This document shows, piece after piece, positions 36,503-45,317 of a stretch of 54,615 nucleotides of DNA. Both the position numbers and the translations under genes were made by a program. The notes under the pieces were generated by a model. That model had not been told where the DNA came from. It did no database searches and saw nothing but the letters and a program-made list of their open reading frames with translations. This DNA comes from Patescibacteria group bacterium. Its GTDB lineage: Bacteria; Patescibacteriota; Patescibacteriia; Patescibacteriales; VMTK01. The stretch spans positions 1-54,615 of the forward strand of contig JAHIME010000003.1 in NCBI GenBank assembly GCA_018896595.1. The letters run 5' to 3'. How positions within the stretch are numbered: the stretch's first letter is position 1; each line of letters starts with the position of its first letter.

Positions 36503-36624
36503 TAATGCGAATACTACAAATAAAACTCAAATACTACAAAAACTACAAATCGAATTAAAGTAAATGTTAATTCGCATTATTCGTTTTGTAGTATTCGCAT
36601 ACTAATTTGTAGTATTCGCATTAT
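36503..36624. repeat. inverted-repeat element of the ...GCGAATACTACAAA family, locus B
   Basis: Direct copies at 36503-36520 and 36526-36540, with a partial copy at 36541-36549. Inverted copies at 36584-36600 and 36605-36624. The last inverted copy supplies the final recJ codons and stop. Confidence 0.8.
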
Positions 36625-38335
36625 GTTTTATGTCAACAACCTTTAACTGCGCCTCTCTTCTTCCATTAAACTCGTTCATTTCCACATAATAAACAATATC
36701 AATTTTATCGCCGATGCGCAAATCCTGCCACGTTTCGGCTTGATTAAAAGCCACCGCCCAAAAGTTTCCCATTCTGAATTTAACATGCCTGCCGTCAATG
36801 CCCATGGTCATTATATCACGGATCGCGACATTGCGGCTCGCGAACCGCGGCCGCTCGTTGTCCTCGCCGAATGGCGCGAATTTCTCCATATCTTTAATCA
36901 GCTCCTCGCTTACTTCTTCTAAATCCAGCTCGGCTTCAACAACCACTCGCGGCCTTAAATCAATGTCTTTTAATATTGTATCCGCGATTCGCTTCATCTT
37001 TCCGACAAAATCCGGCAAATTATCTTTGCTTTTCAGAGTAAAGCCGCAGGCCTGGGCATGGCCGCCGAACCTTAAGAAAAACTCCTTTACCTCTTCCAGC
37101 GCTTTGATAATATTAAACTCTTCTATGCTGCGGCCCGAGCCCTTTATTTCGCCATGGCCTTGTGTTATTACTAAAACCGGCCGATTGTACTGTTCGCATA
37201 ATCTGCCCGCCACCAAGCCGATAACTCCCTCGGGCCATGAATTTGCCCCGCTAATTATAGCCGGATCGGTTAAAATTAAAATTTTATCATCCCCCAACTC
37301 TTTTTCAACAACCTGCCTGCAATACTCCGCTATTTCATTGGTTATTTTTTGCCGTTCAATATTTTTGTCATTCAAACGGGCGGCAATGGCTTGCGCTTCT
37401 TGTTTATTTTTAGTTGTAAGCAGTTCAAAGGCGGTATTGGCGTGTTCAAGCCGGCCGGCCGCGTTAAGCCGCGGCGCAATCTGCCAGCCGATATTCCAGG
37501 CGTCAATCCGGCCGTTAATCTGCGCTTGCTTTATGAGCTCGTCCAGCCCAACACGGTTTTGCTTATTGATTATTTTAAGCCCTTCTTTGATTATTATTCT
37601 GTTCTCTCCCAAAACGGTTACGCAATCCGCCACCGTGCCGATAGCGGCCAAATCCAAAATATTTTCTTCCAATTTTCGCTTCACGCTTTCTTCTAATTTT
37701 GCCTCGCCGATAAGCGCCTTTGCCAATTTAAAAGCCACTCCCACTCCGGCCAAATATTTAAAAGGATATTTTTCGCCCTTTGCCATCGGATTGATAATCA
37801 AGCAGTCGGGCAATTCGCTTTCATCTTCCGACGGCTGGTGGTGGTCGGTTATAATAACATCAATTCCTAAACTCTTGGCGTATTCAACTTCGTCTTTACC
37901 GCGGATGCCGTTGTCAACGGTTATGATAAGTTTCGCGCCGGCTTGCGCCAACAAATCAATCGCTTGATTGTTCAGCCCGTAACCCTCGCTCGCCCTGTCC
38001 GGAATATAAACATCAACATCGGCTTTTAATGTTGATAATGTTTCAGCCAATATCGCCGAAGCCGTAACCCCGTCGGCGTCAAAGTCGCCGTAGACCACGA
38101 TGAAATGAGCTTTTTTAATATGCTCTATAATCAGCTCAACAGCCGCCCGCATATTTTGAAAAAGAAAAGGATCGTAACCGTTCTCGGCGCAGTCCGGATT
38201 TAAAAACGCTTCAATTTCTTCTTTCTCTTTTAAGCCGCGATTATACAGCAATTGCAAAACCACCCGGCTGTACTCGGGGAATTTTTTAATAAATTCTCTG
38301 TCAATTTGAGGCAATATCAGCCAGTTTTTGTTCAT
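36602..38335 (-). CDS. recJ: single-stranded-DNA-specific exonuclease RecJ
   Basis: DHH motifs: GDFDADGVT, ITVDNG, IITDHH. DHHA1 motif GGHAQACG. Confidence 0.92.
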   Translation of the reverse strand: MNKNWLILPQIDREFIKKFPEYSRVVLQLLYNRGLKEKEEIEAFLNPDCAENGYDPFLFQNMRAAVELIIEHIKKAHFIVVYGDFDADGVTASAILAETLSTLKADVDVYIPDRASEGYGLNNQAIDLLAQAGAKLIITVDNGIRGKDEVEYAKSLGIDVIITDHHQPSEDESELPDCLIINPMAKGEKYPFKYLAGVGVAFKLAKALIGEAKLEESVKRKLEENILDLAAIGTVADCVTVLGENRIIIKEGLKIINKQNRVGLDELIKQAQINGRIDAWNIGWQIAPRLNAAGRLEHANTAFELLTTKNKQEAQAIAARLNDKNIERQKITNEIAEYCRQVVEKELGDDKILILTDPAIISGANSWPEGVIGLVAGRLCEQYNRPVLVITQGHGEIKGSGRSIEEFNIIKALEEVKEFFLRFGGHAQACGFTLKSKDNLPDFVGKMKRIADTILKDIDLRPRVVVEAELDLEEVSEELIKDMEKFAPFGEDNERPRFASRNVAIRDIMTMGIDGRHVKFRMGNFWAVAFNQAETWQDLRIGDKIDIVYYVEMNEFNGRREAQLKVVDIKHNANTTN

Positions 38336-38445
38336 ATTTTATCACATGAACGCCGCGCCAACAGTCCAAAGCACCATGGTAAAAATCACTATAACGGAAA
38401 TAATTATCCAAATAATTTTTGTTATAACTTTTCTTTTCATATAAT

Positions 38446-40350
38446 TTATCTCTTTAATATCTTAACGAACACATCGCTCGGAATTTCCACGCTTCCTTTC
38501 CCGGCCGCCATCATTTTCTTCTTGCCCTTTTTCTGCTTGTCCAAGAGCTTGCGCTTGCGCGAAACATCGCCGCCGTAAAGCTTGGCCGTCACATCCTTGC
38601 TCATAGCCGAAAGCCGTTCCGCGGCAATAATCTTGCCGCCGATAGCCGCCTGCAATTTAACAACGAACATCTGCTTGGACAAAGATTCTTTTAAAACGTT
38701 AACCACTTCTTTGCCGCGATTAAAGGCCTCGTCTTCATAAACAATCATTGTTAGCGCCTCAACCGGCTCCTCGGCGACTAAAATATCCATTTTTACCACC
38801 TTTGCTTCGCGGTAATCCGTAAATTCGTAATTAATGGAAGCGTAGCCGGAACTCGCGCTTTTTATTTTATCGTAAAAATCAGTCAATATCGCCGACATGG
38901 GCATTTCGTAATGCAGAACCGCGCGCGTTTCATTTAAATATTCGGTATTCTTATATACCCCTCTTTTTTCCTGAACTAAATTCATTATGGCGCCGATATA
39001 TTCTTTCGGCGTAATTATATCCAAAGTTACCCATGGCTCTTCTATTTTTTCTATTATTTCTCTTGAAGGAAATTTCTGCGGACTGCGCGCGATTAATTCC
39101 TCTTCATTTTTCTTGTAAATTTTATAAGCAACACTGGGAACGGTGACGATTAAGTTTAAATTATATTCCCTTTTCAATCTTTCTTGAAATATATCCAAGT
39201 GAAGCAGGCCCAAAAAGCCGCACCTGAAACCAAAACCCAGGGCTTCCGAATGCTCCGGCTCATAAATTAAAGCGGCGTCGTTTAATTTTAATTTTTCCAT
39301 TGATTCGCGCAATTCCTGGAATTCATTGCCTTCGCGCGGAAAGATGCCGGCGAAAACCATAGGCTTTACTTCTTTGTACCCTTGCAGCGGCTCTACAAGC
39401 GTACGCGCCGCTATCGCGCCACGTCCGCTAATCACCGTATCCCCGACCCGGCATTCGCTCACATCCTTAAAGCCGGTAACAATATAGCCGATTTCTCCGG
39501 TTTGCAATTTTCCGGTTGAAAAATAATCCGGCTTAAAAATGCCGATATCCAAAGCCTCGCTTTTCGCGCGCGTGGACATTAAAATTATTTTATCGCCTTT
39601 TTTTACTTCTCCGTCAACAACGCGGACATAAGCGACAACGCCTCGGTATTCGTCGTAATTGGAATCAAATATCAAAGCGCGCAACAAAGTGCCGGCTCCA
39701 TAGTCTACGGCCGCAGCCGGAGCTGTGGAGCCTTGTTGCGAGCCATTATCGCCAGTTTGCATTTGGGCTCCACAGCCCTTCGGGACTATGGAGCCGGCAA
39801 ATTGGGGTGAGGTCGCCGGCACCGGCACACGCTCAATAACCGCCTTTAATATTTCTTCAACGCCCTGCCCTGTTTTTCCTGAAGCATGGATTATTTCCTC
39901 CCGGCCGCAGCCCAATAATTTAATAATTTCATTTTCGGTTTTTTCAATTTGCGCCGCCGGCAAGTCAATCTTATTCACCACCGGAATAACGGTTAAATCC
40001 TGCTCAACAGCCAAATATAAATTTGCCAAAGTCTGCGCCTGTATCCCCTGGGTCGCGTCCACTAATAAAACAGCGCCCTCTACGGCAGCCAAAGAGCGCG
40101 ACACCTCGTAAGTAAAATCAACATGGCCGGGAGTATCTATTAAATTCAAAATATAGCCGTTGTAATCCATTGTTACGGGCTGCAATTTAATCGTTATCCC
40201 GCGCTCTCTTTCCAAATCCATTCTGTCCAAAACCTGCTCTTTCATTTTTCTTTTTTCAATCGTGCCGGTAATCTCAAGCATCCTGTCCGCCAAAGTTGAT
40301 TTGCCGTGGTCAATATGCGCGATTATGCAAAAATTTCTGATGTTATTCAT
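38446..40350 (-). CDS. lepA: translation elongation factor 4 (LepA) with a 36-aa insertion
   Basis: [17 protein letters not shown] and NKID motifs, plus the LepA C-terminal domain. Confidence 0.95.
   Translation of the reverse strand: MNNIRNFCIIAHIDHGKSTLADRMLEITGTIEKRKMKEQVLDRMDLERERGITIKLQPVTMDYNGYILNLIDTPGHVDFTYEVSRSLAAVEGAVLLVDATQGIQAQTLANLYLAVEQDLTVIPVVNKIDLPAAQIEKTENEIIKLLGCGREEIIHASGKTGQGVEEILKAVIERVPVPATSPQFAGSIVPKGCGAQMQTGDNGSQQGSTAPAAAVDYGAGTLLRALIFDSNYDEYRGVVAYVRVVDGEVKKGDKIILMSTRAKSEALDIGIFKPDYFSTGKLQTGEIGYIVTGFKDVSECRVGDTVISGRGAIAARTLVEPLQGYKEVKPMVFAGIFPREGNEFQELRESMEKLKLNDAALIYEPEHSEALGFGFRCGFLGLLHLDIFQERLKREYNLNLIVTVPSVAYKIYKKNEEELIARSPQKFPSREIIEKIEEPWVTLDIITPKEYIGAIMNLVQEKRGVYKNTEYLNETRAVLHYEMPMSAILTDFYDKIKSASSGYASINYEFTDYREAKVVKMDILVAEEPVEALTMIVYEDEAFNRGKEVVNVLKESLSKQMFVVKLQAAIGGKIIAAERLSAMSKDVTAKLYGGDVSRKRKLLDKQKKGKKKMMAAGKGSVEIPSDVFVKILKR
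39691..39798. repeat. 108-nt nested palindromic element inserted in frame in lepA
   Basis: Perfect 15-bp arms GCCGGCTCCATAGTC (39691-39705) / GACTATGGAGCCGGC (39784-39798). Inner perfect 11-bp arms 39722-39732 / 39766-39776. Confidence 0.9.
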
Positions 40351-40380
40351 AGAAAACTAAATAATAATTCGTAATAAATT

Positions 40381-40408
40381 AGAAATTAGAAATTAGAAAT
40401 TAGAAATT
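40381..40408. repeat. heptamer tandem repeat AGAAATT x4
   Basis: Lies in the murJ-lepA spacer. It is the reverse complement of the 19422-19456 unit. Confidence 0.9.
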
Positions 40409-40410
40409 TT

Positions 40411-42054
40411 TTATATTCCTCTCGCCTCTCCCTGATCGCCTGTTTCAACTTTCTTAAACGGCAGGCGGCGCTTAATTGACGACCAGAAATTGAACAATTC
40501 TTCACTGCGCAAAACCATGCAGATTATTATATACACTATAATTCCCGCCAAGCCGGCGGCCGCGCCCTGAACTAAAACTCCCCAAAATTTAGTCATATCA
40601 ACAAACGGCCAGACGGCCAATTTCATTCCTTGGACGGCAACGCCGCAGAGAATGGCGGCGGCGGAAAACTTAACAGTGGAAATTAGAATGCGCGATTCAT
40701 CCATATCGCCCAATTCAAGCCGCAGAACAATCCACAATATAATGAAATTCAGTATGCTGGCGATTGAAAAAGCCAAAGCCAGGCCTGCTACGCCGTAACG
40801 GCCTGCCAGCCATAGCGACAAAAAAACATTGGCCATAGCCGTTGCCAAGCCGACAAAAAACGGGGTCTTGGAATTATGGCGGGCGTAAAATACGCGGATA
40901 AGCAAAGGAATCAGGGCCTGGGCGAACAAAGAAAGCGTGAAAAACCCTAAAGTATCAATGGTTAATATCGTATCCTGCCAGTCAAACCGGCCTGTGCCGA
41001 AAATAACCCGGATTATTTGCGCGCGCAAAGTTAAAAGCAAAACCGTCGCCGGCGCGATAAAAAACAAAATTTGCCTTAGCGTAACGGAGAAATTGTCTAT
41101 TAACCTTTTCTTGCTGAAAGCAACTGCTGATAATGCGGGGAAAGCGGCAATGGCGTAAGAAATGCCGAAAATGCCCACAGGAAAAGACTGCAAGTTATTG
41201 GCAAAATTAAATATTACCAGAGAGCCGCTGGCTAAAGTTGAGGCGATAATCGTGATTACCACTAAATTTATCTGAGAAATAGCCAGAGTCAATGTCCGCG
41301 GAATCATCATCGCGCCAATTTTTTTAATTTCGCTGTTTTTAAATTTTATTTTAGGAACATATCTGAAGCCAAGGCTTATAACGGCGGGCAATTGAATAAT
41401 CATATGCATAAAAGAACCCAGCGCCACGCCCCAGGCCAATCCGTAAACGCCCCACAAAGGCGTTAAATAAAGAGCGCCGGCAATAATGCCTATATTATAC
41501 ATTATTGGCGACAGCGAATAGACAAAAAACCTTTTAAAAGACTGCAATATGCCGCCCAGCACGCCGGAAATCCCTAAAAAAACCGGCGATAAAAACATAA
41601 TGCGGGTAAGCTCGGCGGTTAGCGCCTGCTTTTCCGGCGCGAAGCCCGGTGAAATTAATCCGGTTAATTGCGCGGCAAAAACAATTCCCAATCCGGATAA
41701 AATTATTAATCCGAACCCCATTATATTAATGACATTGCTTGCCAGCTCCCATGCGGCTTTATGATCGGCCGGCGAAAAAATATCGCGCGCTTTTTTCAAG
41801 GGGCTTTTAAGCAATCCGGTAAAAATAGGGATAAAGCCGGCTGACAAGGCGCCTAAAACCAGCAGATTAAAAACTAAATCAGGGATGCGAAAAGCGGCGT
41901 AATAAATATCCAAAGTATCGCCGGCGCCGAATTCACCGGCTAAAATGCGGTCGCGGAAAATTCCCAAAAAACGGCTAACCAAAGAAGACAGCGCCACTAA
42001 AAGCGCTGCCAAGGTAATGCTGTTAATTTGACCGTTAATTATCCGCCTAAACAT
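40411..42054 (-). CDS. murJ: lipid II flippase MurJ
   Basis: 547 aa, multi-pass; N-terminus SRFLGIFRDRILAGEFGAG...DIYYAAFRIPD. Confidence 0.9.
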   Translation of the reverse strand: MFRRIINGQINSITLAALLVALSSLVSRFLGIFRDRILAGEFGAGDTLDIYYAAFRIPDLVFNLLVLGALSAGFIPIFTGLLKSPLKKARDIFSPADHKAAWELASNVINIMGFGLIILSGLGIVFAAQLTGLISPGFAPEKQALTAELTRIMFLSPVFLGISGVLGGILQSFKRFFVYSLSPIMYNIGIIAGALYLTPLWGVYGLAWGVALGSFMHMIIQLPAVISLGFRYVPKIKFKNSEIKKIGAMMIPRTLTLAISQINLVVITIIASTLASGSLVIFNFANNLQSFPVGIFGISYAIAAFPALSAVAFSKKRLIDNFSVTLRQILFFIAPATVLLLTLRAQIIRVIFGTGRFDWQDTILTIDTLGFFTLSLFAQALIPLLIRVFYARHNSKTPFFVGLATAMANVFLSLWLAGRYGVAGLALAFSIASILNFIILWIVLRLELGDMDESRILISTVKFSAAAILCGVAVQGMKLAVWPFVDMTKFWGVLVQGAAAGLAGIIVYIIICMVLRSEELFNFWSSIKRRLPFKKVETGDQGEARGI

Positions 42055-42058
42055 AATA

Positions 42059-43657
42059 TTATATCAAACTCCTTCCCGTCATCTCTTTCGGCTTTGGCAA
42101 TCCCATTATTTTCAGCACAGTCGGCGCTATGTCAGACAAAATTCCCTGCGGCTGGACCAAGCTCAAATCGCCGCTGGGCGCGCCGCGGCCGTCTAAATTA
42201 TATCCTTCAAATTGCCTGCCCACAATAATAAAAGGAACCGGATTGGCGGTATGCTCCTTGTCAATCATGCCTGTCTGCATATTAAACATAGACTCGGCGT
42301 TGCCGTGATCCGCTGTCGCTAACACCACCCCGTCTTTCGCTAAAACCGCTTTGACTACTTTGCTTAAACATTTATCAACTGTTTCAACCGCCTTAACCGT
42401 TGCCGGCATATTGCCGGTATGGCCGACCATATCCGAATTGGCGTAATTTACTAAAATAAAGTCATATTTATCGTCTTCAATTTCTTTAAGCAATTTTTGG
42501 GTTACCTCAAGCGCGGACATTTCCGGCCTTTGGTCATAGCTCGCGACTCTCGGCGATGGAACCAGCATATGCTCTTCGCCTTCGCTTTTTTCTTCCCTGC
42601 CGCCGTTGAAGAAATAAGTTACATGGGCGTATTTTTCTGTTTCGGCGATGCGCAATTGCTTTAAACCATGAACGGAGATTATTTCGCCCAAGGCGTTGCT
42701 TAAAATTTCCGGCAGGAAAGCCGCTTCCGCCGGCAATCCTTTTTCATAATCAGTGAAACAAACAAAAAACAAATCGCTTAAATATCGCTTCCGGTTAAAT
42801 TTATCAAATTCCGGCATAATAAAAGTTTTGGTAATCTGCCGCGCCCGATCCGCCCGGAAATTAAAAAATATTACCGCGTCGCCATTTTCAATTTTAGCTA
42901 TCGGCTGGCCGCCTTTAGTTATTACAGTCGGCGTAAACTCTTCATCATATATTTTCTTGCTATAGCTCTCTTCTATCGCCCCCTCGGCGGTTTCGCTTTT
43001 GTTGCCTATGGCTTCAGTCATGGCTAAATAAGCCTTTTCTATCCTATCCCATCTGTTATCCCTGTCCATAGTGTAAAATCTGCCTGAAATGGTGGCGATA
43101 GCGCCAATATTATATTCCGCTAAAAACCGTTCCAAATCCCTGATAAAATTAAGACCGCTGTTATATGGAGCGTCGCGACCGTCCAATATGGCATGAATAA
43201 ACAGCTGCTCAACTTTTTGCTCTTTGGCTAAAACGATTAGCGCTTGCAGATGTTCAATTGACGAATGCACTCCGCCGTTGGAAACTAAGCCCATTAAATG
43301 CAGTTTCGTTCCGCCTGCCCTCGCGTGCTTGCAAGCGTTAATCAGCGCTTTATTTTGATAAAAACTGTTATCAACTATGGCTTTATTAATTCGCGGCAAG
43401 TCTTGATACAATATTCTTCCAAGCCCCATGTTAAGATGGCCGACTTCGCTGTTGCCGGATTCTCCCCACGGCAAACCGACGGCCTCGCCAGAAGCCCGAA
43501 GAACCATGGAAGGGTATCTTACAATCAGCTGATCCATAACCGGAGTATCGGCCTGGCTGATCGCGTTGCCGGTAAACGGCTGGCTTATCCCCCAGCCGTC
43601 CAAAATCATGAGTACTACCGGCTTAGGCCGTTTTGTTGGTTGTTGAATGTCTAACAT
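42059..43657 (-). CDS. gpmI: 2,3-bisphosphoglycerate-independent phosphoglycerate mutase (copy 1)
   Basis: ILDGWG, GNSEVGH, DMVGHTG and ADHGN motifs. Confidence 0.93.
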   Translation of the reverse strand: MLDIQQPTKRPKPVVLMILDGWGISQPFTGNAISQADTPVMDQLIVRYPSMVLRASGEAVGLPWGESGNSEVGHLNMGLGRILYQDLPRINKAIVDNSFYQNKALINACKHARAGGTKLHLMGLVSNGGVHSSIEHLQALIVLAKEQKVEQLFIHAILDGRDAPYNSGLNFIRDLERFLAEYNIGAIATISGRFYTMDRDNRWDRIEKAYLAMTEAIGNKSETAEGAIEESYSKKIYDEEFTPTVITKGGQPIAKIENGDAVIFFNFRADRARQITKTFIMPEFDKFNRKRYLSDLFFVCFTDYEKGLPAEAAFLPEILSNALGEIISVHGLKQLRIAETEKYAHVTYFFNGGREEKSEGEEHMLVPSPRVASYDQRPEMSALEVTQKLLKEIEDDKYDFILVNYANSDMVGHTGNMPATVKAVETVDKCLSKVVKAVLAKDGVVLATADHGNAESMFNMQTGMIDKEHTANPVPFIIVGRQFEGYNLDGRGAPSGDLSLVQPQGILSDIAPTVLKIMGLPKPKEMTGRSLI

Positions 43658-43700
43658 AAAAAATCAAAAATATAGGTAATAATTATTTTGTGAAAAATTT

Positions 43701-45317
43701 CTAAAATTTTTCACTCTTTAACTTTGCATTTTGAATTTTTAACTTTGAATTAATAATGCTCTCTCCCGTCATCTCCTTCGGCTTCTCGCGCCCGATTAAT
43801 TCAAGCATGGTCGGGGCTATATCGGCTAAAACGGCTGAATCGCGCAATTTTATGCTATGTTTTAATTTTTGATTAATAAAAATAAACGGCACCGGGTTGC
43901 TTGAATGTTCCGAATCAATTTCACCTGTTTCCAAATTAATCATTTCTTCTATATTGCCGTGGTCAGCGGTTATTAAAGCCGTCCCGCCGGCTTTTAAGCA
44001 GGCCTTAACGATCTGATTCGTATAACCATCAACCTCTTCGCAGCATTTAATTCCCGCCGCGAGATTGCCTGTGTGGCCTATCATATCCGGCGCGGCAATA
44101 TTCAAAACAATAAAATCATATCTTTTATTGTTTAAGCTGTCAATAACGAACTTGGTTAATCCCGCTGTGCTCATAGCCGGTGTTTCATCGTATGATTTTA
44201 CATCAGGGGAAGGAATCATACGCTGGTTTTCGCCGTTGACTGTGCCGGCATAGCCGCCGTTAAAAAAATAAGTTACATGCGCGTACTTTTCCGTTTCAGC
44301 GATGTATAGTTGCCGCAAATCCGCTAATTGCATCGGCAAAGTTCCTTTTAAATCAACGCTTGGGAAGGCCGTGAGAATATCGCCCAAATCGGGGCCGAAA
44401 TCAGTCATAACGATAAATTTTATATTTTTCAATACTTTTTTCCTTTTAAACGAACCTGGATTAAGCTTATTAAAATCTTCCTGCACGAAAACTTTTGTAA
44501 GCTGCCTGGCCCTGTCTGAACGCAAATTAAAAAAAATAACGCTGTCGTTGTTGCTTATTCCGGGTGTCGGTTTGCCTTTCCGGGTAATTACATAGGGCTC
44601 AATAAATTCGTCGTTTTCTCCCCTATTGTAAGCTTCCGTTACGGCGGCATAAGGGTTTTCCGCCTTGCGGCCCTCTCCTAAAACCAACGTATTATAAGCT
44701 TTTTCGCTGCGCTCCCACTTTTTCTTCCTGTCCATGGCGTAAAACCTCCCAATGATTGAAGCGATGGAGCCGACGCCTTTCATGCTGAATTCAATCTTTT
44801 TAATCATTTTTAAAGCCGCGTATTTAGGCGAATCGCGGCCATCGGTAAATAGATGGAGATAAACATTTTTAATGTTAAAACCTTTAACTAATGTTAACAA
44901 GGCCAAAATGTGGTCGGGATCGCTATGGGCGCTCATGCCGTCGGACAGCATGCCTATTAAATGCAAGTTTGATTTATTCTTTCCAACATGCCTTATGGCT
45001 TCTACAAAAGCGGGATTTTTAAAAAAAGTGCCTTCGTTAATGCTTCTGCTTATTTTTACCGCGTCTTGCTCCACTACTCGGCCGGCGCCGATATTCATAT
45101 GTCCCGCTTCGCTATTGCCGTCTTGCTTGGGGGGCAAACCAACGGATCTGCCGAACGCGCATAATTCGGTATTAGGGTATTCTTTAATTAATTTATCAAT
45201 ATTCGGCGTTTTTGCCAAAGTAATCGCGTTGCCTTTACTGGATTTGGCAATACCCCAGCCGTCCAAAATAATCAATATTATTGGCAGAATATTTTTTTTA
45301 TCAAAATTTTTTTTCAT
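43701..45317 (-). CDS. gpmI: 2,3-bisphosphoglycerate-independent phosphoglycerate mutase (copy 2, divergent paralog)
   Basis: ILDGWG, GNSEAGH, DMIGHTG and ADHGN motifs. Its start overlaps the eno stop (ATGA at 45314-45317). Confidence 0.9.
   Translation of the reverse strand: MKKNFDKKNILPIILIILDGWGIAKSSKGNAITLAKTPNIDKLIKEYPNTELCAFGRSVGLPPKQDGNSEAGHMNIGAGRVVEQDAVKISRSINEGTFFKNPAFVEAIRHVGKNKSNLHLIGMLSDGMSAHSDPDHILALLTLVKGFNIKNVYLHLFTDGRDSPKYAALKMIKKIEFSMKGVGSIASIIGRFYAMDRKKKWERSEKAYNTLVLGEGRKAENPYAAVTEAYNRGENDEFIEPYVITRKGKPTPGISNNDSVIFFNLRSDRARQLTKVFVQEDFNKLNPGSFKRKKVLKNIKFIVMTDFGPDLGDILTAFPSVDLKGTLPMQLADLRQLYIAETEKYAHVTYFFNGGYAGTVNGENQRMIPSPDVKSYDETPAMSTAGLTKFVIDSLNNKRYDFIVLNIAAPDMIGHTGNLAAGIKCCEEVDGYTNQIVKACLKAGGTALITADHGNIEEMINLETGEIDSEHSSNPVPFIFINQKLKHSIKLRDSAVLADIAPTMLELIGREKPKEMTGESIINSKLKIQNAKLKSEKF

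Noticed and set aside
36798-37967. 389-aa plus-strand ORF, the longest of many antisense ORFs in the track. Others include 17241-17849, 11995-12498, 25060-25524, 45998-46640 and 44872-45357.
   Set aside because: All lie entirely antisense to strongly supported conserved genes (recJ, rplV, rpsE, fusA, eno, gpmI). They have S/P/L-rich low-complexity translations and no RBS, so they are shadow ORFs.
38342-38440. 32-codon minus-strand ORF (MKRKVITKIIWIIISVIVIFTMVLWTVGAAFM) between lepA and recJ, possibly a small membrane protein.
   Set aside because: It is too short to support from sequence alone, has no clear SD, and cannot be tested for homology here. It is left unannotated.
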